This document shows positions 10,386-21,046 of a stretch of DNA of 64,000 nucleotides, in pieces. Every line of letters starts with the position of its first letter. The first letter of the stretch is position 1. The translations under genes and the position numbers were made by a program. The stretch comes from an uncultured delta proteobacterium (GTDB lineage: Bacteria > Desulfobacterota > Desulfuromonadia > Desulfuromonadales > BM103), in contig CAVQRZ010000006.1 of assembly GCA_963715335.1 (NCBI GenBank), positions 64,001 through 128,000 on the forward strand, in the 5' to 3' direction. The notes under the pieces are model-generated. The model did not search any database. It saw only the letters and a program-made list of their open reading frames with translations, and had not been told where the DNA came from.

Positions 10386-11867
10386 TCAGTCTAACCCCTG
10401 ACGGGCCAGCTCAACAGCTTTTTTTACGCCCATCGCCTTGTTGACAGTTTCTTCATATTCTGCCGCCGGGTTTGAATCGGCGACGATACCGGCGCCGGCC
10501 TGAAGATGAATCCGGTTCTCGTGGGCCACCAGGGTTCTGATGGCTATGGCCAGGTCCATGTTGCCGTCGAACGATATATAACCGACCGCGCCGCCGTAAA
10601 TTTCCCGACGCACCGGTTCAAGCTCTTCGATGATTTCCATGGCACGAATCTTCGGTGCCCCGCTTAATGTCCCCGCCGGGAAGGTGGCCGAAAAAACATC
10701 CAGGGCGTCATATCCCGGCAGCAGCTGCCCGCTCACGTTAGAAACGATATGCATGACGTGCGAATAGCGCTCGACCACCATCAGTTCGTCAACCTGCACC
10801 GAGCCGGTTGCGCAGACCCTGCCAAGATCGTTGCGGCCGAGATCGACCAGCATGATGTGCTCTGCGCGCTCCTTCGGATCGGCCAGCAGCTCTTTCTCAA
10901 ACGCCTGGTCTTCGTCGAAGCTTGCACCGCGCGGCCGGGTTCCGGCGATCGGCCGGACCTCGACATGGTTCCCTTCCTTGCGTACCAGGACTTCCGGAGA
11001 GGCCCCGATCACCCGGGTTTCGTTGAACTGCAGATAGAACATGTACGGCGACGGGTTGATCGTTCGCAGGGCCCGGTAGACATCGAACGGATCAGCGTCG
11101 AGGTCGCCGGAGAATCTTTGCGACAGGACCACCTGGATTACATCGCCGGCGCGGACGTAATCCTTGCAGTCTTCAACGGCCGCTTCGAAACCGGCCCTGC
11201 TGAAATTGGATTGCAGCTCCCTCGAAGTGATGCGTCGCGCGTGACCGGAACGTTCCGGTAACGGCTTGCGCAACTGCGCAACCATACCCTCAATACGCTT
11301 GACCGCCAGGTCGTAAGACTGGCCGGGGTCATCGCCGTCGCACAGGTGGACATTGCTGATGACCTTGATCTTCTGTTGCATGTTATCGAAAATCAGCAGG
11401 GTCTCGGTAATCAGGAACCAGCTGTCATAAGTGCCCATTTCGGCATCATTAAGTTCCGGCAATTCCTCGATGTGTCGGACCATATCGTAGCCCAGGTAAC
11501 CCACCGCACCACCGAAGAAACGTGGCAGTTCAGGCAGGGCTACCGGCTTGTAGGGGGAGAGGAAGCGCTTCAGTTCGACCAGGGGATTAGTTGACGCCCC
11601 GGATTCTGTCGCCACCCCGTTTTCGAGAATTTCAAATTGGTCGCCGCGACAGCGGAAAGCGCGCCCGGAGCCGACGCCGAGAAAGGAATAACGTGCCCAC
11701 TTCTCGCCACCGGCGATACTTTCGAGCAGAAATGCGCTCTGTCGATCGTCAATCTTGCAGAAAGCCGAAACCGGAGTTTCCATATCCGCGAGAATCTCCC
11801 GGTAAACCGGAATCAGATTCCCTTGGCAGGCTAGTTTTAAAAACTCTTCGCGAGAGGGGCAATACAT
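10386..11867 (-). CDS. trpE: Anthranilate synthase component I
   Basis: [39 protein letters not shown]. Confidence 0.97.
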   Translation of the reverse strand: MYCPSREEFLKLACQGNLIPVYREILADMETPVSAFCKIDDRQSAFLLESIAGGEKWARYSFLGVGSGRAFRCRGDQFEILENGVATESGASTNPLVELKRFLSPYKPVALPELPRFFGGAVGYLGYDMVRHIEELPELNDAEMGTYDSWFLITETLLIFDNMQQKIKVISNVHLCDGDDPGQSYDLAVKRIEGMVAQLRKPLPERSGHARRITSRELQSNFSRAGFEAAVEDCKDYVRAGDVIQVVLSQRFSGDLDADPFDVYRALRTINPSPYMFYLQFNETRVIGASPEVLVRKEGNHVEVRPIAGTRPRGASFDEDQAFEKELLADPKERAEHIMLVDLGRNDLGRVCATGSVQVDELMVVERYSHVMHIVSNVSGQLLPGYDALDVFSATFPAGTLSGAPKIRAMEIIEELEPVRREIYGGAVGYISFDGNMDLAIAIRTLVAHENRIHLQAGAGIVADSNPAAEYEETVNKAMGVKKAVELARQGLD

Positions 11868-11895
11868 ACTCTGTCCTTATCTGTGCAGCCGCGAC

Positions 11896-11924
11896 AAAGT
11901 AGCATGAAGACTGCGAAATGGCAA
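11896..11924 (-). promoter_or_regulatory. Putative sigma70 promoter of the trp operon
   Basis: Minus strand TTGCCA-N17-TACTTT (TG-C extended -10), about 30 nt upstream of the trpE ATG. Confidence 0.55.
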
Positions 11925-12047
11925 GTCAGGGGGACAACTTACGGAATAAATGATTGACCGAAATCGGCTGACTTGATATGCATACCGGACGCGAATGGCA
12001 GCAGAATCAAAACGATCACCATGTCAAGCTTCGGAGAGCACTATCAA

Positions 12048-12485
12048 ATGATACGCGCAGCAAAAATGGACACCGTCAAAGTCCACTATACGGGTCGCCT
12101 GGAAGATGGCACTGTATTCGATCAGTCTACTGAAGATCGCCCCCTGCAATTCATACTGGGCCGTGAGGAGGTCATAGCCGGTTTCGATGAGGCTGTTGAA
12201 GGCATGTGCCAGGGTGAGAGTAAAAAAGTGACCGTACCGTTCGACAAAGCCTACGGCAAGAGCAAACCGGAATTGGTGGAAAAGGTGGAACGGAGCGCTT
12301 TGGGAGACAAGCTTGACCTGCAGGTAGGGGCCCAACTCGAGGTCACCAACCATGATGATACGACTTTCCGCTTGATGGTGCGTGAAGTTACTGAAGACCA
12401 TGTCACGCTCGATGCCAATCATCCATTGGCAGACAAGAACCTGACGTTTGAGATCGAACTTCTCGAGATCAAGAAAATGCGCTGA
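12048..12485 (+). CDS. FKBP-type peptidyl-prolyl isomerase (SlyD/SlpA-like, no His tail)
   Basis: VKVHYTGRLEDGTVFD, VIAGFDEA, AYG, LDANHPLA. Start placed after a GGAGA SD. Confidence 0.9.
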   Translation: MIRAAKMDTVKVHYTGRLEDGTVFDQSTEDRPLQFILGREEVIAGFDEAVEGMCQGESKKVTVPFDKAYGKSKPELVEKVERSALGDKLDLQVGAQLEVTNHDDTTFRLMVREVTEDHVTLDANHPLADKNLTFEIELLEIKKMR

Positions 12486-12675
12486 CAGCCATCCCTGGGC
12501 CAACGGGAAATCCTTTGCTGATGGGGCATTGGTTTGCGGGATGATTCAAAGCGGTCCGATTGGGTTCTGCCGGTAATTACCGTTTGTAGCAATGATCAGG
12601 AGGATTTGATCTCCTGCAAGCGTGAAGACCCTGCGCGGAATTCATAAAGGCGCAAAGCGGAGTTTGTTTGCGCGC

Positions 12676-13404
12676 TCAAACTGATGGCTCGCTTCTCACC
12701 CATGCCTGGATACTAAGAATATCCAGTTTCTGTATCTCAGAAAATTCAAGACCCAGCCCGGACGACGCATGGTTTTTAAAATTATCTTTTCTGTTGATCC
12801 AGGCCACTCTCCCTTTGCACTTTATCAACGCCTTCTCCTGGCTGAGTTGAAACTCAAGGTGCAGTTCAGAGCCTGTCGCAAACTGCTCTTCGGTCTCTAA
12901 AAACACGCCACCCACGGATATGTCGAGAAGGGTCCCTAAAGACATTTCTTCTGGATTCTTGCCGAACTTTGCTGACGTTTTAATCGTCGATCTTTTGCCG
13001 GACCACCCTGGTAAACTCAAATATTGTTTACATATCTGGAGAACATTCTCCCTGGTTAACGGTTTGTGGATAACTTCATCGCATCCTGCGGTTTTACAAC
13101 GCTCTATATCTTTGGGATAGTTGCTGCTCGTCATCATGACAATTGGTGGAGGTCGCACGTCGGCAGCGCTCTTTATTTGTCTGCATGCTTCATCCCCGTC
13201 GCCTTCCGTCATGTACAAGTCCATCAGGATCAAATCTGTCTTGGTTTTTTTGACAATTTCAACAGCTTCGGGGCCGCTTCGTGCAAGCAGAATATTAACC
13301 TGCTCCCTCCGGAAAAGGTCTTTAGCCAGCCTGAGAAACAAGGGGGTGTCGTCTACAATCAAAAGAGTCTTTGAAAACATGGAAAGAATTTTTTTTGTAT
13401 ACAT
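12676..13404 (-). CDS. Response regulator receiver + PilZ domain protein
   Basis: LLIVDD, DLILMDLYM, HKP in REC; DISVGGVF...GRVAW...GLGLEF in PilZ. Alternative start at 13380. Confidence 0.85.
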   Translation of the reverse strand: MYTKKILSMFSKTLLIVDDTPLFLRLAKDLFRREQVNILLARSGPEAVEIVKKTKTDLILMDLYMTEGDGDEACRQIKSAADVRPPPIVMMTSSNYPKDIERCKTAGCDEVIHKPLTRENVLQICKQYLSLPGWSGKRSTIKTSAKFGKNPEEMSLGTLLDISVGGVFLETEEQFATGSELHLEFQLSQEKALIKCKGRVAWINRKDNFKNHASSGLGLEFSEIQKLDILSIQAWVRSEPSV

Positions 13405-13656
13405 AGGGCTAATCCAATTTTTGGCAAAAAAAACCCGCCAGACAGCATCATGCGGACAATAGCGGTTTGGTGTTCATTGCTTATCTGCTTGCCTACTCAT
13501 CATCCCATCCCCCAGGCCAAACACCGCATCAAGACAAAACTAATCTACACTATAGGGTGCAACAAGGTAAAGATTTGCGTTTTATTTGTACCCCTGCACT
13601 ACTGCTTCGCATGTCAACTCATGCTTAGTAAAAAATTCTCGGAATGACTGATTTAC

Positions 13657-13742
13657 GAGAAAAGCCCCACGCCGGGAGGAGGCTGTGGGGCTGCAGGTTG
13701 CATTTTTATTGCGGAGGAGAACATGAATAAGTACGTCCCTTT
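13657..13742 (-). ncRNA. Candidate small RNA with CCUCCUCCC hairpin loop
   Basis: Upstream TTGACA(13776-13771)-N16-TAATAT. Ends in hairpin AGCCCCAC-A-GCC-TCCTCCC-GGC-GTGGGGCT plus a U-run. Lies downstream of the rplQ terminator. Confidence 0.5.
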
Positions 13743-13865
13743 AACGATATATTACTGGCTTGGTCATGTATGTCAAGCGGGAAATAGACACCCCTTAAAT
13801 TCTGCCAGAGCTGTCTGGTCTCAGCCAGGACAACAATTTGATAACGACACAGAACAGCAACAACA

Positions 13866-13901
13866 AAAGAAAGGCGAGATGGAATCATCTCGCCTTTCTT
13901 T
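13866..13901. terminator. Intrinsic (bidirectional-type) terminator ending the alpha operon
   Basis: AAAGAAAGGCGAGATG-GAAT-CATCTCGCCTTTCTTT perfect inverted repeat just after rplQ. Confidence 0.85.
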
Positions 13902-13906
13902 GTCGT

Positions 13907-14416
13907 CTACATTTTGCGCAACCATTTATCAGTCTTTTTTCGCTTCCTCAGCAGGGGCTTCCTCAGCAGGGGCTTCCTCAACAACCGGGGGCACCTCGAC
14001 ATCGCAGGTTTAGCCGCCTTCTTTGCGGGAGCTTTCTTCTTTTTCGGCTTGGCAGTGAACTCCTCTTCGACCAGTTCGATGACCGACAGGGAGGCGTTGT
14101 CACCGGAGCGGTGACCAAGCTTGATAATTCTCGTGTAACCGCCAGGACGCTCAGTATAGCGTGGCGCAATCGTATCAAACAGCTTATCAACGATTTTCTT
14201 GTCACGGACGACCTGCATGACGAGACGACGGGAGTGCAGGTCGCCACGCCTTGCCATGGTAATCAACTTTTCGGCCATCTTGCGCAGTTCCTTGGCACGG
14301 GCATCAGTCGTGGTGATCTTGCCGTGTTCAAAAAACGAGGTCACCATGTTGCGCATCATGGCTTTGCGATGACTGGTGTTGCGGCCCAGCCGCTTACCGG
14401 ATTTCATATGACGCAT
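13907..14416 (-). CDS. rplQ: 50S ribosomal protein L17 (C-terminal extension apparently frameshifted near 14004)
   Basis: [32 protein letters not shown]; follows rpoA. Confidence 0.95.
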   Translation of the reverse strand: MRHMKSGKRLGRNTSHRKAMMRNMVTSFFEHGKITTTDARAKELRKMAEKLITMARRGDLHSRRLVMQVVRDKKIVDKLFDTIAPRYTERPGGYTRIIKLGHRSGDNASLSVIELVEEEFTAKPKKKKAPAKKAAKPAMSRCPRLLRKPLLRKPLLRKRKKTDKWLRKM

Positions 14417-14463
14417 TGGTATCAGATCCTTTCTCTATATAACCTTCCGGCAGGGGCAGCACC

Positions 14464-15483
14464 CTAGAGCTCTTCTTCGCTCTTTTCGATCATTTTCAGA
14501 TATTCGGGATCCGGGAAACCGTCCAGGGCAATGCCGAGGGTCAATCCCATTTCAGAAAGAATATCCTTGATCTCGTTAAGTGACTTGCGACCGAAATTCT
14601 GTGTTTTCAGCATTTCCGCCTCGGACTTTTGCACGAGTTCACCGATCAGGCGGATGTTGGCATTCTTCAGGCAGTTGGCACTGCGTACCGAGAGCTCGAG
14701 TTCATCTACCCTGCGGTAGAGGTTTTCATTGACCGGCGGCTTGCCGCCCTCTTTTTCTTCCGGCTCATCCGGTTCGAGAGCTTCATCAAAATTGATGAAC
14801 AGCTGTACCTGCTCCTTGATAATTTTGGCTGCATATGCCAGTGCATCATCAGGCTTGGCGCTGCCGTCTGTATAAATCTCAAGGATCAGTTTGTCGTAGT
14901 CAGTAACCTGACCGACACGAGCATTGCTGACCGTAAAATTGACTTTCCTGATCGGTGAAAAAATCGCATCGATCGGAATCGTACCGACCGGAGCCTTTTC
15001 GTCACGATTGCGCTCTGCGGCACCGTAACCCTTACCCATGGCCACAAGCATATCTATTTCGACGTCGGCTTCCTTGCCACAGGTTGCTATATAGTGGTCG
15101 GGATTCACGATCGCCACATTCGAGTCAGTGACAATATCACCGGCAGTAATGACACCGGCACCCCTTTTGACAATCCGAACATTACGGGCTTCGTGTCCGT
15201 GCAACTCGAGCAGGACGCCTTTGAGATTGAGGATGATGTCCGTCACATCTTCCGTCACACCAGGGATCGTGGAAAACTCATGCAGCACACCCTTGATGCG
15301 AACAGATGTGATTGCCGCTCCCTGTAGTGAAGAGAGCAGAACCCGGCGCAATGCATTTCCCATGGTCGTGCCGAAACCACGTTCAAACGGCTCTGCGGTA
15401 AATTTTCCGTAGGTTTCCGTCAGTGAATCGGCATCAACCTGGAGACGCTTGGGTTTAATCAGTTCTCTCCAGTTTTTGTACAT
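14464..15483 (-). CDS. rpoA: RNA polymerase alpha subunit
   Basis: [42 protein letters not shown]. Confidence 0.99.
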   Translation of the reverse strand: MYKNWRELIKPKRLQVDADSLTETYGKFTAEPFERGFGTTMGNALRRVLLSSLQGAAITSVRIKGVLHEFSTIPGVTEDVTDIILNLKGVLLELHGHEARNVRIVKRGAGVITAGDIVTDSNVAIVNPDHYIATCGKEADVEIDMLVAMGKGYGAAERNRDEKAPVGTIPIDAIFSPIRKVNFTVSNARVGQVTDYDKLILEIYTDGSAKPDDALAYAAKIIKEQVQLFINFDEALEPDEPEEKEGGKPPVNENLYRRVDELELSVRSANCLKNANIRLIGELVQKSEAEMLKTQNFGRKSLNEIKDILSEMGLTLGIALDGFPDPEYLKMIEKSEEEL

Positions 15484-15540
15484 GCGAATCCTCCGTTATG
15501 AGGTTGCGTTAAAGTTTTAAACCGCCAGAATGGCTGACGA

Positions 15541-16170
15541 TTACTTCGAGTAGAGCTCGACGATCAGGTGTTCCTGGAAGCTCGGAGTCGTCATTTCTGC
15601 GCGGACCGGCAACGTTTTGACCGTCCCCTGGAATGCATCGCGGGTCAAGTCGACCCAAGACGGGATGCCACGGCGCATAACACCATCAAGAGCCTCGTTG
15701 ATACGAGTGATCTTGCGGCTTTTTTCGCGCAGTTCAACAACATCTCCCGGACGTACAAGATACGAAGGGATATTCACCTTACGGCCGTTGACGGTAAAGT
15801 GAGTGTGACGAACCAGCTGTCGAGCCTCACTTCGTGAAGTCGCAAAGCCCATACGGTAAACCATGCTGTCCAGGCGGCGCTCAAGCAGGATCAGGAGGTT
15901 CTCGCCGGTCACGCCTTTCATGCGGTCAGCTTTGACGAAGTACTCGCGGAACTGCTTTTCAAGCAGACCATAAGTGCGCTTGACCCGCTGCTTCTCGCGC
16001 AGCTGTGTGCCGTAGTCAGAAACTTTAATACGGCCCTGGCCGTGTTGGCCCGGGGCGTAATTGCGACGTTCCAAGGCGCATTTATCGGTGTAACACCGAT
16101 CGCCTTTCAGGAACAGCTTCATATTTTCCCGCCGGCACATGCGGCAAACGGGTCCAGTGTGTCTCGCCAA
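15541..16170 (-). CDS. rpsD: 30S ribosomal protein S4 (Zn-type CxxC)
   Basis: CRMCRRE...CYTDKC, QLREKQ, LERRLD, IVELYSK. Confidence 0.99.
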   Translation of the reverse strand: MARHTGPVCRMCRRENMKLFLKGDRCYTDKCALERRNYAPGQHGQGRIKVSDYGTQLREKQRVKRTYGLLEKQFREYFVKADRMKGVTGENLLILLERRLDSMVYRMGFATSRSEARQLVRHTHFTVNGRKVNIPSYLVRPGDVVELREKSRKITRINEALDGVMRRGIPSWVDLTRDAFQGTVKTLPVRAEMTTPSFQEHLIVELYSK

Positions 16171-16192
16171 CGTTCGTTCTCCTTATGACTTG

Positions 16193-16585
16193 TTAGACTC
16201 TTCTACGCTTCGGCGGACGGCATCCGTTATGGGGAATCGGAGTGACATCCTTGATCATTGTGATCGTCAGGCCAACTGCCTGCAGAGCCCGCAAGGCGGA
16301 CTCACGCCCGGAGCCTGGACCCTTGACCCAGACCTCAACACTACGCAGGCCATGCTCCCGGGCTTTGTTTGCAGCATCTTCAGCAGCCATTTGGGCAGCA
16401 AAAGGAGTACTCTTACGACTCCCTCTGAAACCTTTCGACCCTGAAGTACACCAGGAGATGACATTACCCGTTACGTCAGTAATGGTAACAATCGTATTGT
16501 TGAATGTCGCCTGAATATGGGCAATTCCATTCGTTATATTCTTCTTTTCAACCTTTTTGCGTACACGCTTGCCAGGCTTGGCCAT
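16193..16585 (-). CDS. rpsK: 30S ribosomal protein S11
   Basis: [33 protein letters not shown]. Confidence 0.99.
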   Translation of the reverse strand: MAKPGKRVRKKVEKKNITNGIAHIQATFNNTIVTITDVTGNVISWCTSGSKGFRGSRKSTPFAAQMAAEDAANKAREHGLRSVEVWVKGPGSGRESALRALQAVGLTITMIKDVTPIPHNGCRPPKRRRV

Positions 16586-16596
16586 GGTTCCTCCTG

Positions 16597-16965
16597 TTAC
16601 TTCTTCTTACCGGCGACAGTCTTGCGAGGACCCTTGCGGGTTCTGGCATTTGTCTTGGTTTTCTGTCCACGCACCGGCAAACCTCGACGATGGCGCAGAC
16701 CACGATAGCAGCCGAGGTCCATGAGTCGCTTGATGTTCATCGTCACTTCACGACGCAAATCACCCTCAACCTTGTACTCGCTGTCAATAACCTTACGGAT
16801 CTTGGCAACTTCATCCTCAGTCAAATTGTCCGAGCGGGTGTTAAAGTCAACACCTGCCTTCGACAGGATTTCCTGGGATGCAGAACGCCCGACACCGTAG
16901 ACGTAGGTCAGGGCAACTTCAATCCGTTTGTTTCTGGGTAAATCGATACCAGCAATACGAGCCAA
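16597..16965 (-). CDS. rpsM: 30S ribosomal protein S13
   Basis: [36 protein letters not shown]. Confidence 0.99.
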   Translation of the reverse strand: MARIAGIDLPRNKRIEVALTYVYGVGRSASQEILSKAGVDFNTRSDNLTEDEVAKIRKVIDSEYKVEGDLRREVTMNIKRLMDLGCYRGLRHRRGLPVRGQKTKTNARTRKGPRKTVAGKKK

Positions 16966-16986
16966 TGTCCGATCCTCCTAATATCC

Positions 16987-17100
16987 TTAGCCTTGTCTCT
17001 GTTTATGCTTGGGGTTTTCGCAGATAACTCTGACGACTCCCTTGCGCTTGACTATCTTGCACTTGTCACAAATTGTTTTTACTGATGCTCGGACTTTCAT
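16987..17100 (-). CDS. rpmJ: 50S ribosomal protein L36 (Zn-type)
   Basis: Manual translation [37 protein letters not shown] (too short for the ORF track). Confidence 0.98.
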   Translation of the reverse strand: MKVRASVKTICDKCKIVKRKGVVRVICENPKHKQRQG

Positions 17101-17153
17101 GTTTCTTCCCTTTAAACTGTCGCTTTGATCGCGAAGGGCTTCACCTTCACTGC

Positions 17154-17900
17154 TTAAACCCGCGTCAGAACCTCCGGGCCATTATCAGTAATGGCTACTG
17201 TATGTTCAAAATGGGCTGAACGTTTACCATCCTGCGTTACTGCCGTCCAACCGTCTTCCAGTATCTTCACGCCGGGCACTCCGGCATTGATCATCGGTTC
17301 TATCGCCAGGGTCATACCGGGCTTGAGCCGCGGTCCCTGTCCGGCTACACCGTAATTCGGGATCTGCGGAGCCTCATGCAGCTTACTGCCTATGCCATGC
17401 CCGACAAATTCCCTGACAACGCTGAAGCCTTGCGGTTCCACCCAGGCCTGAACTGCATGTGATAGATCTGACAGTCTGCCGTTCGGGACCGATTTTTCTA
17501 TGGCCCGCTCAAGTGATTCACGGGTTGCAGTGACCAGGCGCCGGGTCTCATCATCAAGTACGCCAATGGCAATCGTTACCGCCGAATCACCGTAAAAGCC
17601 CTTGTAGAGAACCCCGAAATCTATACTCAGGATGTCCCCTTCCTGCAGCGGGTTATTGTCCGGGAACCCATGTACAACCCGATCGTTCGGTGAGGCACAG
17701 ATGGCGTATGGAAACCCACCGTATCCCTTGAAAGCCGGCTTGGCTCCCTGGCGCTGACATTCCTTGTCCGCCAGTAAATCCAGTTCAGCGGTTGTAACAC
17801 CGGGCTTGATCCGGCTCTCGAGCAGGGCCAGCGTCTCAGCCACGATCCGCCCCGCTGCCCGCATCTTCTCGAGTTCCGCCGGGCTTTTCAAGACAATCAC
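17154..17900 (-). CDS. map: Methionine aminopeptidase type I
   Basis: VVHGFP, DFGV..GFYGDSA, GHGIG..LHEAP, IEPM, SAHFEHT. GTG start next to the adk stop. Confidence 0.97.
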   Translation of the reverse strand: MIVLKSPAELEKMRAAGRIVAETLALLESRIKPGVTTAELDLLADKECQRQGAKPAFKGYGGFPYAICASPNDRVVHGFPDNNPLQEGDILSIDFGVLYKGFYGDSAVTIAIGVLDDETRRLVTATRESLERAIEKSVPNGRLSDLSHAVQAWVEPQGFSVVREFVGHGIGSKLHEAPQIPNYGVAGQGPRLKPGMTLAIEPMINAGVPGVKILEDGWTAVTQDGKRSAHFEHTVAITDNGPEVLTRV

Positions 17901-17901
17901 G

Positions 17902-18549
17902 TCAGCTCGCCTGCAGCAGCGAAAGCATTTTTTCCTGGACCTTGGAAATCGGCTGCATTCCGTCAAGCTCCATCAGCACATCGGCCTGCCGGTAATAACT
18001 GATCAGCGGAGACGTCTGGTCTGCATAAACCTGCAGTCGTTTGCGAATCGTCTCTTCCTGGTCATCATCGCGCTGGTAGAGGCCACCGCCACATGCATCA
18101 CAGATTGAATCCTCGCTCGGCGGGTCAAACTTGACATGGTAGCCACGCCCACACGCGCTGCAAATCCTTCGACCAGTCAGGCGCTCGACCAACGCCTCGG
18201 CATCAACTTCAAGAGAGATAACACGATCCAGAGCCTTGTCCATCTCTTCCAGGCTGACCTGCAAAGCATCTGCCTGGGCCACAGTCCGCGGGAATCCGTC
18301 CAGGATAAAGCCGTTATTACAGTCCGCCGCCTGGAGACGGTCGCGGACAATGCCAACCACAACTTCATCGGGGACCAAGCCGCCGGCATCCATAAACCTC
18401 TTGGCCTTGAGGCCCATCGGAGTGCCCTCCGTTACTGCCGCGCGGAGAATCTCTCCGGTCGAGATCTGCGGAATGGAAAACCTTTCCGTCAGCATCTTGG
18501 CCTGGGTCCCTTTACCGGCGCCGGGAGGTCCGAGAAGTATAAGCTTCAT
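17902..18549 (-). CDS. adk: Adenylate kinase (Cys4 zinc lid)
   Basis: GPPGAGKGTQA, LDGFPRT, CSAC...CDAC, RDDD. Confidence 0.98.
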   Translation of the reverse strand: MKLILLGPPGAGKGTQAKMLTERFSIPQISTGEILRAAVTEGTPMGLKAKRFMDAGGLVPDEVVVGIVRDRLQAADCNNGFILDGFPRTVAQADALQVSLEEMDKALDRVISLEVDAEALVERLTGRRICSACGRGYHVKFDPPSEDSICDACGGGLYQRDDDQEETIRKRLQVYADQTSPLISYYRQADVLMELDGMQPISKVQEKMLSLLQAS

Positions 18550-18563
18550 CCCAACACCCTTAA

Positions 18564-19874
18564 TTATCCGCGCCGACTCTTTATATTCACGCCCTTCATG
18601 AAACCTTCGTAGGAGCGGGAGATAAGATGTGCTTCGATCTGCGAAGCCGTATCGAGTCCGACGCCGACGACAATCAGCAGCGATGTCCCGCCGAAGAAGA
18701 AAGGCACGTTGAACTGCCCGATCAGCAGCGTCGGCAGGACACAGACCACCGAGATATATATGGCACCGGCAAAAGTCAGTCGACCCAGTACGGTATCCAG
18801 GTAATCGGAGGTTGCCTTGCCGGGCCTGACACCCGGGACATAACCACCCTGGCGCTTGATATTATCCGCGACATCCACAGGGTTGAAGGTTACCGCCGTG
18901 TAGAAGTAGCAGAAGAACACGATAAACGCGACATAGAAGACATTGTAAAGCCAATGGGCCGGCGTCATCATCGAGGCAAAGGCCTGTACCCAGGGGACGT
19001 CGACAAAATTCGCCACGGTACTCGGGAACATAATAATCGAACTGGCGAAAATTGGCGGGATAACACCGCTCATATTGATCTTCAGCGGCAGATGGCTGCT
19101 CTGGCCACCCAGATTACGTGCCCCGACCACTCGCTTCGCGTAATGGATCGGTACGCGACGCTGGCCGCGTTCCATGAAGATAATCGCCCAGATTACCGCT
19201 ATCATGACCAGCAGGATGAGCAGCATGACGGTAAAAGTCATGGCGCCGGTTTTCAACAGGCGGACACTGTTGACTATGGCTGATGGAATCATTGCCACAA
19301 TACCGGCAAAGATTATCAGTGAGATGCCGTTGCCGATACCGCGTTCGGTAATCTGCTCGCCGAGCCACATGATGAACGCAGTTCCCGCGGTCAGGGTGAT
19401 CACCGTCAGGACGATAAAACCGATCCCCTGGACAGCGACAACCGGCTCGCCGGCCGGGCCACGCATAGTCTGCAAGCCAACAGCGATACCAGCACCCTGG
19501 ACAATTGACAGGAGGACCGTGCCGTAGCGAGTCCACTTGGTCATCGTTTTGCGGCCCTGCTCACCTTCCTTGGAGAGACGCTCGACCGGCTCGAAAACGA
19601 CCGTCAGCAACTGCATGATGATCGAGGCACTGATATAGGGCATGATCCCCAGGGCAAAGACCGTCATACGCTCCAGCGCTCCGCCGGTAAACGCGCTGAC
19701 CAGACCGAGCAGGGTCCCTTGGGTGCCCTCGAAAAACTGGGCCAAAACGACACGGTCAACGCCAGGTAGCGGCACATGGCAACCGACCCGGTAAACCGCA
19801 AGCATGCCGAGCGTAAAGAGGATCCGGCGACGCAGTTCAGGGATGCTGAAGATATTTTGGATACTGGCTAACAA
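18564..19874 (-). CDS. secY: Preprotein translocase SecY
   Basis: ALGIMPYISASII, WLGEQITERGIGNGISL, GVIPPIFASS, GGTSLLIVV. TTG start at 19874. Confidence 0.98.
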   Translation of the reverse strand: MLASIQNIFSIPELRRRILFTLGMLAVYRVGCHVPLPGVDRVVLAQFFEGTQGTLLGLVSAFTGGALERMTVFALGIMPYISASIIMQLLTVVFEPVERLSKEGEQGRKTMTKWTRYGTVLLSIVQGAGIAVGLQTMRGPAGEPVVAVQGIGFIVLTVITLTAGTAFIMWLGEQITERGIGNGISLIIFAGIVAMIPSAIVNSVRLLKTGAMTFTVMLLILLVMIAVIWAIIFMERGQRRVPIHYAKRVVGARNLGGQSSHLPLKINMSGVIPPIFASSIIMFPSTVANFVDVPWVQAFASMMTPAHWLYNVFYVAFIVFFCYFYTAVTFNPVDVADNIKRQGGYVPGVRPGKATSDYLDTVLGRLTFAGAIYISVVCVLPTLLIGQFNVPFFFGGTSLLIVVGVGLDTASQIEAHLISRSYEGFMKGVNIKSRRG

Positions 19875-19875
19875 T

Positions 19876-20316
19876 TTAAACAACCTCGGCAGTCCCGCCG
19901 GCGGCTTCAATCTTCGCCTGGGCGGACTTGCTGAATTTTTGAGCTTTAACGGTTAAAGTTTTGGTCAATTCTCCATCGCCGAGAATCTTGACGCCATCTT
20001 TGATCTGGCCAATCAGACCGGCCTTGCCTAGAGCTTCGAGATCCACCACGGCACCGGCATCAAAGAGGTCAAGATCGCGCAGATTGACCAAGCAGTACTC
20101 TTTCCGACTGAGCGGGGTAAACCCACGCTTGGGAAGACGTCTCTGCAGAGGCATTTGGCCACCCTCGAAGCCAGGCTTGACGCCGCCGCCGGAGCGGGCG
20201 TTCTGACCTTTATGGCCTTTGCCGGCCGTTTTACCGGTTCCGGAGCCATGACCCCGGCCAATGCGCTTCTTGCTATGTGTCGAACCGTATGACGGTTGCA
20301 GATTACTTAAATCCAT
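19876..20316 (-). CDS. rplO: 50S ribosomal protein L15
   Basis: [37 protein letters not shown]. Confidence 0.98.
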   Translation of the reverse strand: MDLSNLQPSYGSTHSKKRIGRGHGSGTGKTAGKGHKGQNARSGGGVKPGFEGGQMPLQRRLPKRGFTPLSRKEYCLVNLRDLDLFDAGAVVDLEALGKAGLIGQIKDGVKILGDGELTKTLTVKAQKFSKSAQAKIEAAGGTAEVV

Positions 20317-20329
20317 GACGTTATCCTTC

Positions 20330-20506
20330 TTATTCTTCAACGGTGACCATGTGGCTGACCTTGTTGATCATGCCGCGAATTTCCGGAGTGTCCTGGCGAA
20401 CAACTGTCTGGTTCAGTCGACGCAGGCCAAGTCCGTTGAGCACCTTGGTGAAGTATTGAGCGCGGTTGATGCCGCTACGCTTCAGAGTTATCTTGATTTC
20501 AGCCAT
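20330..20506 (-). CDS. rpmD: 50S ribosomal protein L30
   Basis: Manual translation [58 protein letters not shown]. Confidence 0.96.
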   Translation of the reverse strand: MAEIKITLKRSGINRAQYFTKVLNGLGLRRLNQTVVRQDTPEIRGMINKVSHMVTVEE

Positions 20507-20520
20507 TGCTCGCTCCCGTC

Positions 20521-21027
20521 TCAGGCTTGTTCTTCTGAGTTGTTTGCCCCGAGTCCACGCCGGGCCAGGATTTCTTCAGGACTGCGCAGTTGCTGCAGCG
20601 CCCGAAGGGTTGCCTTGACCACGTTGTGCGGGTTGTTCGAACCGAGACACTTGGATAGGATATCGCTGATGCCGGCAACTTCGAGAATTGCCCGTGCAGC
20701 ACCACCGGCGATGACTCCGGTCCCTTCGGAAGCAGGCTTCAACAGGACTTTACCCGCCCCAAACTTACCGATCACATCGTAGGGGATCGTGGTCCCCTGA
20801 ATCGGCACCTTGATCATGCTTTTCTTGGCCTTTTCGACACCCTTGCGAATCGCCTCGGGAACCTCTTTGGCCTTGCCAAGCCCATATCCTACATTGCCGC
20901 TGCCATCGCCGACCACAACCAGGGCAGAGAAGCTGAATCGACGACCACCCTTGACAACCTTGGCCGTACGATTGATGTGGATAACGCGATCTATTAAATT
21001 TGTTTCGTTATTGTCAACGCGTTGCAA
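20521..21027 (-). CDS. rpsE: 30S ribosomal protein S5
   Basis: [27 protein letters not shown]. Confidence 0.99.
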   Translation of the reverse strand: MQRVDNNETNLIDRVIHINRTAKVVKGGRRFSFSALVVVGDGSGNVGYGLGKAKEVPEAIRKGVEKAKKSMIKVPIQGTTIPYDVIGKFGAGKVLLKPASEGTGVIAGGAARAILEVAGISDILSKCLGSNNPHNVVKATLRALQQLRSPEEILARRGLGANNSEEQA

Positions 21028-21046
21028 CGCTCTTCTCCTTTGCCGC

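Noticed and set aside
12486..12675. Small palindromes (CGGTAATTACCG, CAGGAG..CTCCTG) between convergent genes
   Set aside because: Short enough to be chance or weak terminators; no coherent element.
13723..14013. 96-aa plus-strand ORF with a strong SD (GGAGGAG)
   Set aside because: Runs through a strong terminator and antisense into rplQ, with non-protein-like composition. The SD is better explained as the complement of the candidate sRNA motif. Not fully excluded.
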